From positions 108,952-172,951 of the forward strand of contig NIVC01002192.1 in assembly GCA_002269645.1 (NCBI GenBank): a DNA stretch of 64,000 bases, in the 5' to 3' direction. The position numbers were made by a program, and so were the translations under genes. The notes below the pieces were generated by a model, which worked only from the letters and a program-made list of their open reading frames with translations, did not search any database and was not told where the DNA came from. Source of the DNA: Macrostomum lignano (Eukaryota). Below are positions 23,401-34,033 of this stretch, piece by piece; the first letter of the stretch is position 1, and each line of letters opens with the position of its first letter.

Positions 23401-26400
23401 AACTCCGTTGCGTTGAAGGCGTAGCGCAGCTGCGGCGCCGTCCCGTTGGCGCCGTTGGGGGCGTCGGCCGGCGACGATGGGATTCGAGCGGAGGTCTCGA
23501 GCTCGATTCGGTGCTGTCCGAGGCCCGGCCAGAAGTGCTCAGACGCTGGCCGGTCGCACAGGCGGCCAGCCACCGAGTCGTTTAGGCAGGCGCAGACGCT
23601 GCCGACGCCGTCGGGCGCGGCGACGCAGTTCGGGCCGAGGGAGCCGGCGGTGTCGCAGCCGCAGGGCAGGCAGCCAAGCCAGCGGCCGGCCGCCAGGTCC
23701 CGGGAGCCGCTGGGGCAGCGGGAGCAGCCGGAGCCCACAGCCAGCGGCTTGCAGGTGCAGCTGACAGCGGGGGAGCGCGGGTGGACGGGGCGTTTGAGTG
23801 CAGCGGTGATTATTGCCTCTGATTGGTGTCCGGATGTGTCTGATTGGTGTCCGGATGTGTCTGATTGGTGTCCGGGTGTGTCTGATTGGTGTCCGGATGT
23901 GTCTGATTGGTGTCCGGGTGTGTCTGATTGGTGTCCGGGTGTGTCTGATTGGTGTCCGGATGTGTCTGATTGGTGTCCGCGTGTGTCTGATTGGTGTCCG
24001 AGTGTGTCTGATTGGTGTCCGGGTGTGTCTGATTGGTGTCCGGGTGTGTCCGATTGGTGTCCGGGTGTGTCTGATTGGTGTCCGGATGTGTCTGATTGGT
24101 GTCCGGGTGTGTCTGGTTGGTGTCCGGGTGTGTCTGATTGGTGTCCGGGTGTGTCTGGTTGGTGTCCGGGTGTGTCTGATTGGTGTCCGGGTGTGTCTGA
24201 TTGGTGTCTGGGTGTGTCTGATTGGTGTCCGAGTGTGTCTGGTTGGTGTCCGGGTGTGGCTGATTGGTGTTCGGGTGCATCTGATTGATGTCCGGGTGTG
24301 TCTGATTGGTGTCCGGGCGTGGCTGATTGGTGTCCGGGTGTGTCTGATTGGTGTTCGGGTGCCTCACCGCCCAGTCTCCAAGTCGCAGTCGGCCAGCTCG
24401 CCGGCCACGCCCTCAGCCGTGCAGTTGCAGCTCTGGCAGCCCTCCGGATTGTCGCTGCTGAGGTCCCAGAAGCCGGGTCGGCAGCGCTGGCAGCGGGGGC
24501 CAACGGCGTTGGGCTTGCAGATGCAGGGTTTGGGCGAGTTCTGAATGCACAGGCCGTTGGGGAACTTCGGGAACACCTTCGAGCCGCGGGTGTCGCAGGC
24601 GCAGGCTGAAGGGAAGCGGCGGCTGTCATGTGAGCTGCTGCTATAAACACAAAACCCCCTTAAAAACAGCAGTAAACAGCCGCAAGCCCCCATAAACACA
24701 GCAGTAAACAGGCGCAAGCCCCCATAAACACAGCAGTAAACAGCCGCAAGCCCCCATAAACACAGCAGTAAACAGCCGCAAGCCCCCATAAACACAGCAG
24801 CGAACAGCCGCAAGCCCCCATAAACACAGCAGTAAACAGCCGCACTCACGCTCGCACAGCGGGAAGTTCCGGTAGCCGATCCGGCAGGAGTCGCAGTTGG
24901 CGCCGCGCACGCGGGCTCGGCAGCGACACTTGCCGGTCAGCGGGTCGCAGGCGCTCCCGGCTTCGCTGCCGGCGGCGCTGCACCGGCAGGGCTGGCACTC
25001 CACCGTGCCGTTGCCATGGTCACGCAGCAGCGTGAAGCCCGGGGCGCAGCGGGAGCAGTCCCGCCCGGCGTAGCCCTGGTGACAGAAGCAGCGGCCGTTG
25101 TCGGGGTCGCAGCCGGCGGTCCGGTCGGAGCCGGCCGGGTTGCAGCTGCAGCCGGTGCAGTTCGGGAAGCCCCAGCGGCCGTGCCCGCACTCGGAGCACT
25201 GCGGCCCGCCGAAGCTGGGCTCGCAGAAGCAGGCGCCGGTGGCGGCGCTGCACACCGAGGCGTTGGTGCCATCCGGGTCGCAGTTGCACTCTGCGGGCGA
25301 GCGGCCCCGAAAGTTACTGAATCTCACCCGATATGTTTCTGAATCTTATCTGCCCTTTACCGAATCTTATCTGCCCTTTACCGAATCTTATCTGCACTTT
25401 ACCGAATCTTGTCTGCACTTTACCGAATCTTATCTGCACTTTACCGAATCTTGTCTGCACTTTACCGAATCTTGTCTGCACTTTACCGAATCTTATCTGC
25501 CCTTTACCAAATCTTATCTGCACTTTACCGAATCTTATCTGCCCTTTACCGAATCTTGTTTGCACTTTACCGAATCTTGTCTGCACTTTACCGAATCTTG
25601 TCTGCACTTTACCGAATCTTGTCTGCACTTTACCGAATCTTATCTGCACTTTACCGAATCTTGTCTGCACTTTACCGAATCTTATCTGCACTTTACCGAA
25701 TCTTGTCTGCACTTTACCGAATCTTATCTGCACTTTACCGAATCTTGTCTGCACTTTACCTAATCTTATCTGCACTTTACCGAATCTTGTCTGCACTTTA
25801 CTGAATTTTGTCTGCACTTTACCGAATCTTATCTGCACTTTATTGAATTTACTTGCACCGTCCTATCCCCCAGCCCCAGGCCGCACTCACTGAAGCAGCT
25901 GCCGCGGTACATGAAGAAGCCGGTGTCGCACTGGTCGCACAGCGGCCCCGTGTAGCCCGGCTTGCAGTCGCACGAGCCGCTGTCGGGGTCGCAGACTTCG
26001 CTTGTGGCCCCGTTGAGAGAGCAGTTGCACTCTGCAGCAGGTGCGCGTGTGACTCAGGGTGACTCAGTGACTCATTGTATGCTAGCCTGAGTGACTCATT
26101 GTGTGCTTGCCTGAGTGACTCATTGTGTGCTTGCCTGAGTGACTCATTGTGTGCTTGCTTGAGTGTCTCATTGTGTGCTAGTCTGAGGCTCATTGTGTGC
26201 TTGCATGAGGGACTCATTGTGTGCTTGCCTAAGTAATTAATTGTACGCTAGCCTGAGTGACTCATTGTGTCCTATTCTGAAGGGACTCATTATGTGCTTG
26301 CCTAAGTGACTCATTGTGTGCTTGCTTGAGTCACTAATTGTGTGCTTGCCTAAAGGACTCATTGAATGTGCTTGCCTGAGTGTTACTAGGAGTGGCGCAT

Positions 26401-29400
26401 TGTGCACCATTCGGTGTGACTCATTGTGTAATACTATGTACCAACTCTTATCAAGTTGCCAAAAAGCTCCAAATAAAAGTGCAGAGTGAGTCGGTGACTC
26501 ACTCTGGCAGTCGGGGAAGCCGGTGAATCCGTCAGCGCAGGTGTCGCATTTGTCGCCGCCGAACGTCGGCCTGCACGCGCAGCGGCCGTCGGCGGAGTCG
26601 CAGCGGCCGGCCACAGTGCCGACCGGGTTGCAGTCGCAGGGTTCGCAGGCCGGCGGGTTCGTGTAGCCGGCGGCGCAGCTGGACGGGGGCGGGAAATCCC
26701 GGGGTTGTAAAATTGGCGGGGGCTTGCAGGGGACAGTTGAAGGGCAGATCAAAAGTACAGTTGAAGGGCAGATAAAAAGTGCAGTTGAAGTGCGGATCAA
26801 AAAAGTACAGTTGAGGGGAAAATCAAAAGTACAGTTGAAATCTCACAGCTCGCAGTTAAGCCCGGTGAAGTTCTTCTTGCACAGGCACTCGCCGTAGCCA
26901 TCCTTGCACTCGCCGCTGGAGATCTGCGTGCTGCAGTTGCACTCTGCGGGAGCAGGTTTTTCGGGAGGCACTTCATGAAAAGTTTGCCCCAGAGCCGCGA
27001 ACCAAAAACAGCAAAGCACAATTTGCGACGATGAGGCCTCACACAGGGTGTACAGTGGCCCTGACTTTCTTATCGTCAGGCATGTACATCTCTGTGCCTC
27101 AGGGATGGCCCTCATCTAACGGAATCGAACTTGGCATTCGAGCTGCATTCCCAAAGGGGATCTCATTGTGCGGCCACTCACTGACGCAGGAGTCGGTGCG
27201 GTTCCACGCCCGGCCCCATGGGTGGAAGAAGCCCGGGATGCAGGAGCGGCAGTTCAGGCCGGTCGTGTTGTCGCTGCAGTTGGCGCAGACGCCGCCGCCC
27301 TCGTAGATGCCGTCGAGGTCCATGGAGAGCCGCTTGCGGGCCACCTCCGGGTTGAAGATGCAGGTCTGGCTGTGGCCGTGGCAGTTGCACTCTGCGGCGG
27401 ATGTGGATTGCGGATTGCGGATTGTGTATTGTTGATTGTGGTTTTTGGATTGCGGATTGTGTATTGTGGGTTGTGGATTGTTGATTGTGGTTTTTTGGAT
27501 TGCGGATTGTGTATTGTGGTTTTTGGATTGCGGATTGTGGATTGTGGTGTAGTGCATGCGCCCTTGTCTGTTGGCAGGGCGCGTTGCACTTTGGGGCTGG
27601 CTAGGGGGGTTGGCGGGTGTGGCAGGGTCTGGCCGGCGGCCGGGCTTTGCGCGTGTCCCTCCCCAGCCGTGCCCCCTGCCCCGTGCTCAGCGCTGATTGG
27701 CTGCGGCCGGGCCGGCTTTGGCGCGGTTGCGCCCCCCCCCCTTGGCGGGGTTGTGCTTGGCTGCCCGGCGCGGCCAGTCTCTATTTCTCTGATTTGCTCG
27801 TTTTGTGGGCTTAGCCGGTGGGGCCGTCTGCCCCAGGGTTTTGTTGGTATTTATTGCGTGACTCTGGGTTTTGCCACGCCCTTCGTTTGTTTTTTGCGCT
27901 CCAAGATTGCAAGTGAGACTTGTGAGACTGCAAAATCAATAAACGTGCGAACAGTACTTTGGCCAGTGGTAAGCCGCCTGCTTGAGTTCACTCTTTTCTG
28001 TGGAGCTTGTTAGACTTCAGGGAGTCCTTGCCAAAGCGTCAAAACGCCGGGAGAGCATATAGCTCGTACTAAACTGTACCTCTACTTAATACTGTATACC
28101 CACTGTATGAGCACTCGAGCACACCTCAAGCCGCAGCGCGAACTCTGGAGTGTCACAACACCAGACGGAGCAACCTGTTATCGCAGAGCTTGTATCCATA
28201 TAAGTACTAGACAGAGCGTCACTACGCCTGTTATATTACGTATAACACTCGGGACTGGGTACACAAACCGACCCGGGTTACGACAGTGGATTGCGGATTG
28301 TGGATTGCGGATTGTGGATTGTGGATTGTAGATTGTGGATTGTGGATTGTGGATTGTTGATTGTGGATTGTGTATTGCGGATTGTGGATTGTGGATTGTG
28401 GATTTTGGTTTGTGGATTGCTGATTGTGGATTGCGGATTGTGGATTGTGGATTGTTGATTGTGGATTGTGGATTTTGGTTTGTGGATTGTGGATTGTGTA
28501 TTGCGGATTGTGGATTGTAGATTGTGGATTGTGGATTGTGGATTGTGGATTGTTGATTGTGGATTGTGTATTGCGGATTGTGGATTGTGGATTGTGGATT
28601 GTGGATTGTGGATTGTGGATTGTGGATTTTGGTTTGTGGATTGCTGATTGTGGATTGCGGATTGTGGATTGTGGATTGTGGATTGTGGATTTTGGTTTGT
28701 GGATTGCTGATTGTGGATTGCGGATTGTGGATTGTGGATTGTTGATTGTGGATTGTGGATTGTGGATTGCGGATTGTGGATTTTGGATTGCGGATTGCGG
28801 ATTGTGGGTTGTGGATTGTGGATGCTGGTTTGTGGATTGCTGATTGTGGATTGTGGATTGTGGATTGTTGATTGTAGATTTTGGATTTTGGATTGTTGAT
28901 TGTGGATTGTGGATTGTGGATTGTGGATTGTGGATTTTGGTTTGTGGATTGCTGATTGTGGATTGTGGATTGTGGATTGTTGATTGTGGGTTGTGGATTG
29001 TGGATTGCGGATTGTGGGTTGTGGATTGTGGATTGTGGATTGTTGATTGTAGATTTTGGATTTTGGATTGTTGATTGTGGATTGTGGATTGTGGATTGTG
29101 GATTGTGGATTGTGGATTGTGGATTTTGGTTTGTGGATTGCTGATTGTGGATTGTGGATTGTGGATTGTTGATTGTGGGTTGTGGATTGTGGATTGCGGA
29201 TTGTGGATTTTGGATTGCGGATTGCGGATTGTGGATTGTGGGTTGTGGATTGTGGATGCTGGTTTGTGGATTGCTGATTGTGGATTGTGGATTGTGGATT
29301 GTTGATTGTGGATTTTGGATTGCGGATTGCCGATTGTGTGTTGTGGATTGTGGATGCTGGTTAAAAATCTTCAATCTCTTGATCTCCTAAAAAATCCCAC

Positions 29401-32164
29401 AGAAATCCCACAGAAATCCCACAGAGATCCCACTCTCCGCTTACTTTCGCACGGCTTGCCGGCCTTCCACGGCTTCTGTGGGTGCGTGGCGGCGCAGCGG
29501 TCGCAGGTGTCGCCCTCGACGCCCTCGATGCAGCGGCACTTGAAGTCGTCGGCGAGGCTGTCCAGCTCACAGGAGCCCGCCAGGCCGTTGCAGTAGCAGT
29601 GGCCACTGACCTTCAGCAGGCTGACGCTGTAAAAGTACTGCGAGGCGAGGCGGCGGGCGGATCTACAGGGCTAGATTCTAAAAGCTAGAGTGAGAGAATC
29701 TAGGGACCGGAGCTATAAATCTAAAGACCGTAACGATAGATCTCGGGACAGGAATGATAGATCTAGGGACCGGAACGATAGATTTAGGGACCGGAGAGAT
29801 AGATCTAGAAACGGGAGCGATAGATCTAGGGACCGAAGCATGGGAGCTAGGGACCGAAGCATGGGAGCTAGGGATTGGAGCACGGGATCTTGGGACCGGA
29901 GCATGGGATCTAGGGACCGGAGCATGGGATCTAGGGACTGGAGCATGGGATCTAGGATTTGGAGCATGGGATCTAGGATTTGGAGCATAGGATCTAGGGA
30001 TTGGAGCATGGGATCTAGGGATTGGAGCATGGGACCTAGGGATTGGAGCACGGGATCGAGGGATTGAAGCATGGGATCTAGGGATTGGAGCACGGGATCT
30101 TGGGACCGGAGCATGGGATCTAGGGACCGGAGCATGGGATCTAGGGACTGGAGCATGGGATCTAGGGATTGGAGCACGGGATCGAGGGATTGGAGCATGG
30201 GATCTAGGGACCGGAGCATGGGATCTAGGGACCGGAGCATGGGATCTAGGGATTGGAGCACGGGATCTAGGGATTGGAGCACGGGATCTAGGGATTGGAG
30301 CACGGGATCTAGGGATTGGAGCACGGGATCTAGGGATTGGAGCATGGGATCTAGGGATTGGAGCATGGGACCTAGGGATTGGAGCACGGGATCGAGGGAT
30401 TGAAGCATGGGATCTAGGGATTGGAGCATGGGATCTTGGGACCGGAGCATGGGATCTAGGGACCGGAGCATGGGATCTAGGGACCGGAGCATGGGACCTA
30501 GGGATTGGAGCACGGGATCGAGGGATTGAAGCATGGGATCTAGGGATTGGAGCATGGGATCTTTGGACCGGAGCATGGGATCTAGGGACCGGAGCATGGG
30601 ACCTAGGGATTGGAGCACGGGATCGAGGGATTGAAGCATGGGATCTAGGGACCGGAGCATGGGATCTTGGGACCGGAGCATGGGACCTAGGGATTGGAGC
30701 ACGGGATCGAGGGATTGAAGCATGGGATCTAGGGACCGGAGCATGGGATCTAGGGACTGGAGCATGGGATCTAGGGATTGGAGCACGGGATCTAGGGACT
30801 GGAGCACGGGATCTAGGGACCGGAGCATGGGATCTAGGGATTGGAGCATCGGATCTAGGGACCGGAGCATGGGATCTAGGGATTGGAGCACGGGATCTAG
30901 GGACCGGAGCATGGGATCTAGGGGCCAGGGGAATCGGCGGAAGCCTCACCCGTTTCTTCTGGTTGTCGTCCTTTCTCTCGTTCAGCGGCGTCATGCTGGT
31001 GGAGAACTTGTACAGCCGGCGGAAGTTGATGCGCACCGATTTGACCCGCAGGAACTCCAGCAGCCGGTCTGAGGGCTGCTGCCCGCTTGGCCGGTCTTTG
31101 TTCAGCAGGATGTTGATCTGCCCGTGTTTTTTAGTCGCATGAACTTGTGTATATAACGGGCTAATGCTCTACTTAAAGTAGGATAAAAGCATTTTCGTTT
31201 ATGTATTGCACCAAAAATAGCTAAATTACACATTGCCATTGATTTTTTTCTATTTTCAAGTGCATATTGTCATTGACTTTCTAAGAATCAGAAGTTAAAT
31301 TTAGATTTCTATAAATACTTTCATATGTAACAATTTTTGTTCATCTGTAATTTTTCTTTCTAAGAAATACTTAGTTACATTTAGTGTATCGGAAAAAAAT
31401 TTTGTTTATTATTTGATCTTAAATAATCACTTTTTCATTTGAAGTTGTTAGGATCAATTATTTTAAACTTTCTTTCTTAGAATATATTTTCTATTTCTAT
31501 TTCTATTTTTCCATGAAACACTCATGGTATTTCTAAGAAAACCCCAGCACTGCGAACGCACATCGGCCGAGTGGTCCTGGAAGCTCTCCAGCTTCTTGTA
31601 CTTCTCCATGCAGATGACCTCGTCGTCAGCGTCCGCCCGCGTCTTCGGCTCCATGCGGAAGTCCCGGCGGCAGTCGGTGCTGAAGTACATCAGCGGCTGG
31701 TAGGTCTCGCCGTCAAGCGACTTCAGCACAACGAAGGCGGCCGGCCGGGGGCTCTCGCCGGTCTTCATCACGATGTTGTCGATCTGGTAGACCTTCTTGA
31801 AGGTGATGGTGAAGTTGACGTTCTCGAAGGCGTCGCCGCGGATGAGCGGCGGACTCATCCAGCTCAACGAGTCGCCCAGGTTCGAATTCTTCACGTGCGA
31901 GGCCGGGTGGGAGAACCTGTTGCACTTGCCGCACTGACTGCCGTCCTTCATCTCGATGCCAGACTCCGACTCGTGCTTGATGCCGCCGGTGATCTTGCAG
32001 AACTCCTCCGTGATGCTCTCGCCGTCAGGCCCGACCCCGCAGGTTGCCGAGGCCTCTAGGGTGGCCGCCTGCTCCAGGTTGTTCACCATGGGCTCCTGCA
32101 GCTTCAGCCCGGAGCAGCTCAGCAGCAGCAGCAGAGCCGCTGCCAACCGCCACTGCGTCTTCAT
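8407..32164 (-). CDS. LAMA5: Laminin subunit alpha (alpha3B/alpha5, LanA type), 31 exons; the C-terminal part (rest of the coiled coil and expected LG domains) lies beyond the left edge
   Basis: Signal peptide, LN domain (ATCG...FCK, GESPRP, RYFYS), LE repeats, LF, LE, L4 ([15 protein letters not shown]), LE, coiled coil. Exons (GT-AG, phases checked): 32164-31562, 31117-30950, 29637-29445, 27391-27182, 26943-26847, 26678-26503, 26031-25891, 25290-24850, 24605-24368, 23760-22911, 22682-22377, 21748-21227, ~20901-20795, 20463-20258, 19222-19089, 19010-18940, 18587-18443, 17966-17823, 17500-17252, 17175-17086, 16020-15902, 15822-15579, 13385-13261, ~13117-13013, 12379-12177, 11182-10901, 10477-10185, 9576-9469, 9392-9281, 8947-8768, 8687-8407. 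Confidence 0.93.
8985..9235. repeat. Intronic 15-bp minisatellite GTGGGGCAGGGGTTT
   Basis: Direct inspection. Confidence 0.9.
9725..10100. repeat. Intronic 21-bp minisatellite TGATTGCTGTAAGCACCGAAA
   Basis: Direct inspection. Confidence 0.92.
10565..10830. repeat. Intronic 28-bp minisatellite AACACAGAAATCCTCATGCTGGAATCCC
   Basis: Direct inspection. Confidence 0.92.
11262..12097. repeat. Intronic 10-bp minisatellite CTGACACAGT with variants
   Basis: Direct inspection. Confidence 0.93.
12470..12962. repeat. Intronic 46-bp minisatellite (TTTTATCGATCCGCTCTGACTGGCAGTGTACGCACCCACCACCCCA)
   Basis: About 10 copies with variants. Confidence 0.92.
13412..15545. repeat. Intronic 16-bp G-rich minisatellite GATGGGATGGGATTGT (~2.1 kb)
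   Basis: Direct inspection; 16-aa periodicity in translation. Confidence 0.95.
16065..17030. repeat. Intronic 10-bp minisatellite TCTCAGTGAC
   Basis: Perfect core at 16330-16640 with degenerate flanks. Confidence 0.95.
17535..18895. repeat. Three intronic arrays: 18-bp (17535-17785), 27-bp (18040-18385), 12-bp TCTAGTGTCTGG (18612-18895)
   Basis: Direct inspection; each lies in a different intron. Confidence 0.9.
19283..21200. repeat. Intronic arrays: 19-bp (19283-19420), 15-bp CCTGACACCCAGTGT (19430-20225), 20-bp (20475-20770), 18-bp (20975-21200)
   Basis: Direct inspection. Confidence 0.9.
21785..22842. repeat. Intronic composite 13/43-bp array (21785-22365) and ~14-bp array (22730-22842)
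   Basis: Direct inspection. Confidence 0.88.
23818..26845. repeat. Intronic arrays: 21-bp (23818-24362), 32-bp (24645-24845), 21-bp (25325-25850), 24-bp (26050-26400), ~23-bp (26735-26845)
   Basis: Direct inspection; each intron has a different unit. Confidence 0.88.
27402..29360. repeat. Intronic 7-bp satellite (GGATTGT)n split by a solo LTR
   Basis: Repeat at 27402-27547 and 28286-29360. Confidence 0.93.
27548..28285 (+). mobile_element. Solo LTR (738 bp) related to the 7366-8270 LTR
   Basis: TGTAGTGCATGCGCCC...GGGTTACGACA termini, 4-bp flanking duplication GTGG, AATAAA at 27938-27943, collinear similarity in both halves. Confidence 0.92.
29685..30925. repeat. Intronic 21-bp minisatellite GGAGCATGGGATCTAGGGACC
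   Basis: Direct inspection. Confidence 0.93.
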
Positions 32165-32899
32165 CTTGCGGCTGCTTCTGCGGAACTTCCGGCTGCGATT
32201 TTCAGGAGAGGAACAAAGAAGAGGAGCTGCTGGAGGGTCCAGGCAGGGATCCGGGAGGTGGAGGCCCCAGTCGGGCTTTATGAAGCGCGCGACCGCCGAT
32301 CGTCATGGGGGGGGGAAGGGCAGAGACAGCAGAAGAAAGCGGCTGGGCCTGGAGGTGAACGCCTGTCGGTGGCTGGTCTGGGGGCCAAGGAGGTCTTGAA
32401 CCGGAGTTTGGATTCCCATTTGTAAGACCGCAACTTCCGGTTTGCACTCAGCAGATTGGCAAGTTTTTAGCAACTTCTGCTCGAAGAATTCAGTTTTTGT
32501 AAACTCGATCTGATTTTAAAGCTGAGTGAGTTTGCTGCAGCAGTTTCACTTTTTTTCAACTGCTTTTTAGCGTCCAGTTAAGAATGATTTGCTTCAAAAC
32601 TTCTGCATCCAGATTCTGATCCAAGGCTTCCTTGGTTGGGGGGAGGCGTAGGGGGGCGCCTGCCTGCTGAATCAGCAGCGCCTTTCGCATCCTGGAGGGG
32701 GGGGGGAGGCTGCGGTCGATGGAGGTGCGCAGCGGGCGGTCCGGCATTCCGAGGGCCGAGGCCTGGCGGGGAAGAGGGGAGGCAGCCAGGCTGGGGCAGG
32801 AATGAAGCGAAAGGATTTCGTTGCCGAACGCAGTTCCCAGTCATTTTAATTGTCCCCTCTGTTCCCAAAGATTCTGAAGTTCCGCAGCGCTGGGACGGC

Positions 32900-33660
32900 C
32901 GGGGCTGGCAGGCTGGGGCTGGCAGGCTGGGGCTGGCAGGCTGGGGCTGGCAGGCTGAGGCTGGCAGGCTGAGGCTGGCAGGCTGGGGCTGGCAGGCTGG
33001 GGCTGGCAGGCTGGGGCTGGCAGGCTGGGGCTGGCAGGCTGGGGCTGGCAGGCTGGGGCTGGCAGGCTGGGGCTGGCAGGCTGAGGCTGGCAGGCTGAGG
33101 CTGGCAGGCTGGGGCTGTGCCAGCTGCCGTGTGCGATGCCGGTATTGGAGAGCTACGGCAGCCGCGGCATACCACTGCATCCGCATGGGCATCTGTCACT
33201 CCGTCTGAGTCTCCCATGGTGTCATCTGGGGCGTCTGTCACTCCGTCTGAGTCTCCCATGGTGTCATCTGGGTGGGGCGCCTGTCACTCCGTCTGAGTCT
33301 CCCATGGTGTCATCTGGGTGGGGCGCCTGTCACTCCGTCTGAGTCTCCCATGGTGTCATATGGGACGCCTGTCACTCTCTGAGTCTCCCATGGTGTCATA
33401 TGGGACGCCTGTCACTCTCTGAGTCTCCCATGGTGTCATCTGGGACGCCTGTCACTCTCTATCTGAGTCTCCCATGGTGTCATCTGGGACGCCTGTCACT
33501 CTCTGAGTCTCCCATGGTGTCATCTGGGACGCCTGTCAAATCTCTATCTGAGTCTCCCATGGTGTCATCTGGGACGCCTGTCACTCTCTATCTGATTCTC
33601 CCATGGTGTCATCTGGGACGCCTGTCACTCTCTGAGTCTCCCATGGTGGCATCTGAGGTA
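32900..33660. repeat. 14-bp array (32900-33115) and ~40-bp array (33190-33660) between the divergent laminin and nervy genes
   Basis: Direct inspection. Confidence 0.85.
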
Positions 33661-34033
33661 GACTAAGGGTTCAGAGAGTCAATATTTAATATATAATGTT
33701 CTTATTTTAGTGTGAAGGTGAGCACTGCATGCAGTCCAGTTGCCCAGTCAGTTCAGTTTCCAATCCAGAAATCTAGCTGTAGGCGTCCATGCGCGAGGCC
33801 GCTCTATTTATTTTCTCTCCTGCGCCTCTCCCCCTCCCGCTGAGCAGCAGCTGCGCCCGGGACCCGGCCAGCTGTGCGGCACAAGCCGGGCTTCCCAGCC
33901 CCCCCATTGGCCGCTGCCGCACAGCTGTGAGGCCGGGCGCCTCTCCGATAAAACCCGGCCGAGTGGGCAGCGAGGCCGGCCGGGCCTCCGCGAGATCTCC
34001 GGGTGAGCCGAGCAGCTGCGCCAAGCTCTGTGC

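Noticed and set aside
31118-31561. AT-rich laminin intron 1 as an inserted non-autonomous transposon or Helitron
   Set aside because: No clear TIR, TSD or Helitron hairpin plus CTRR end was found.
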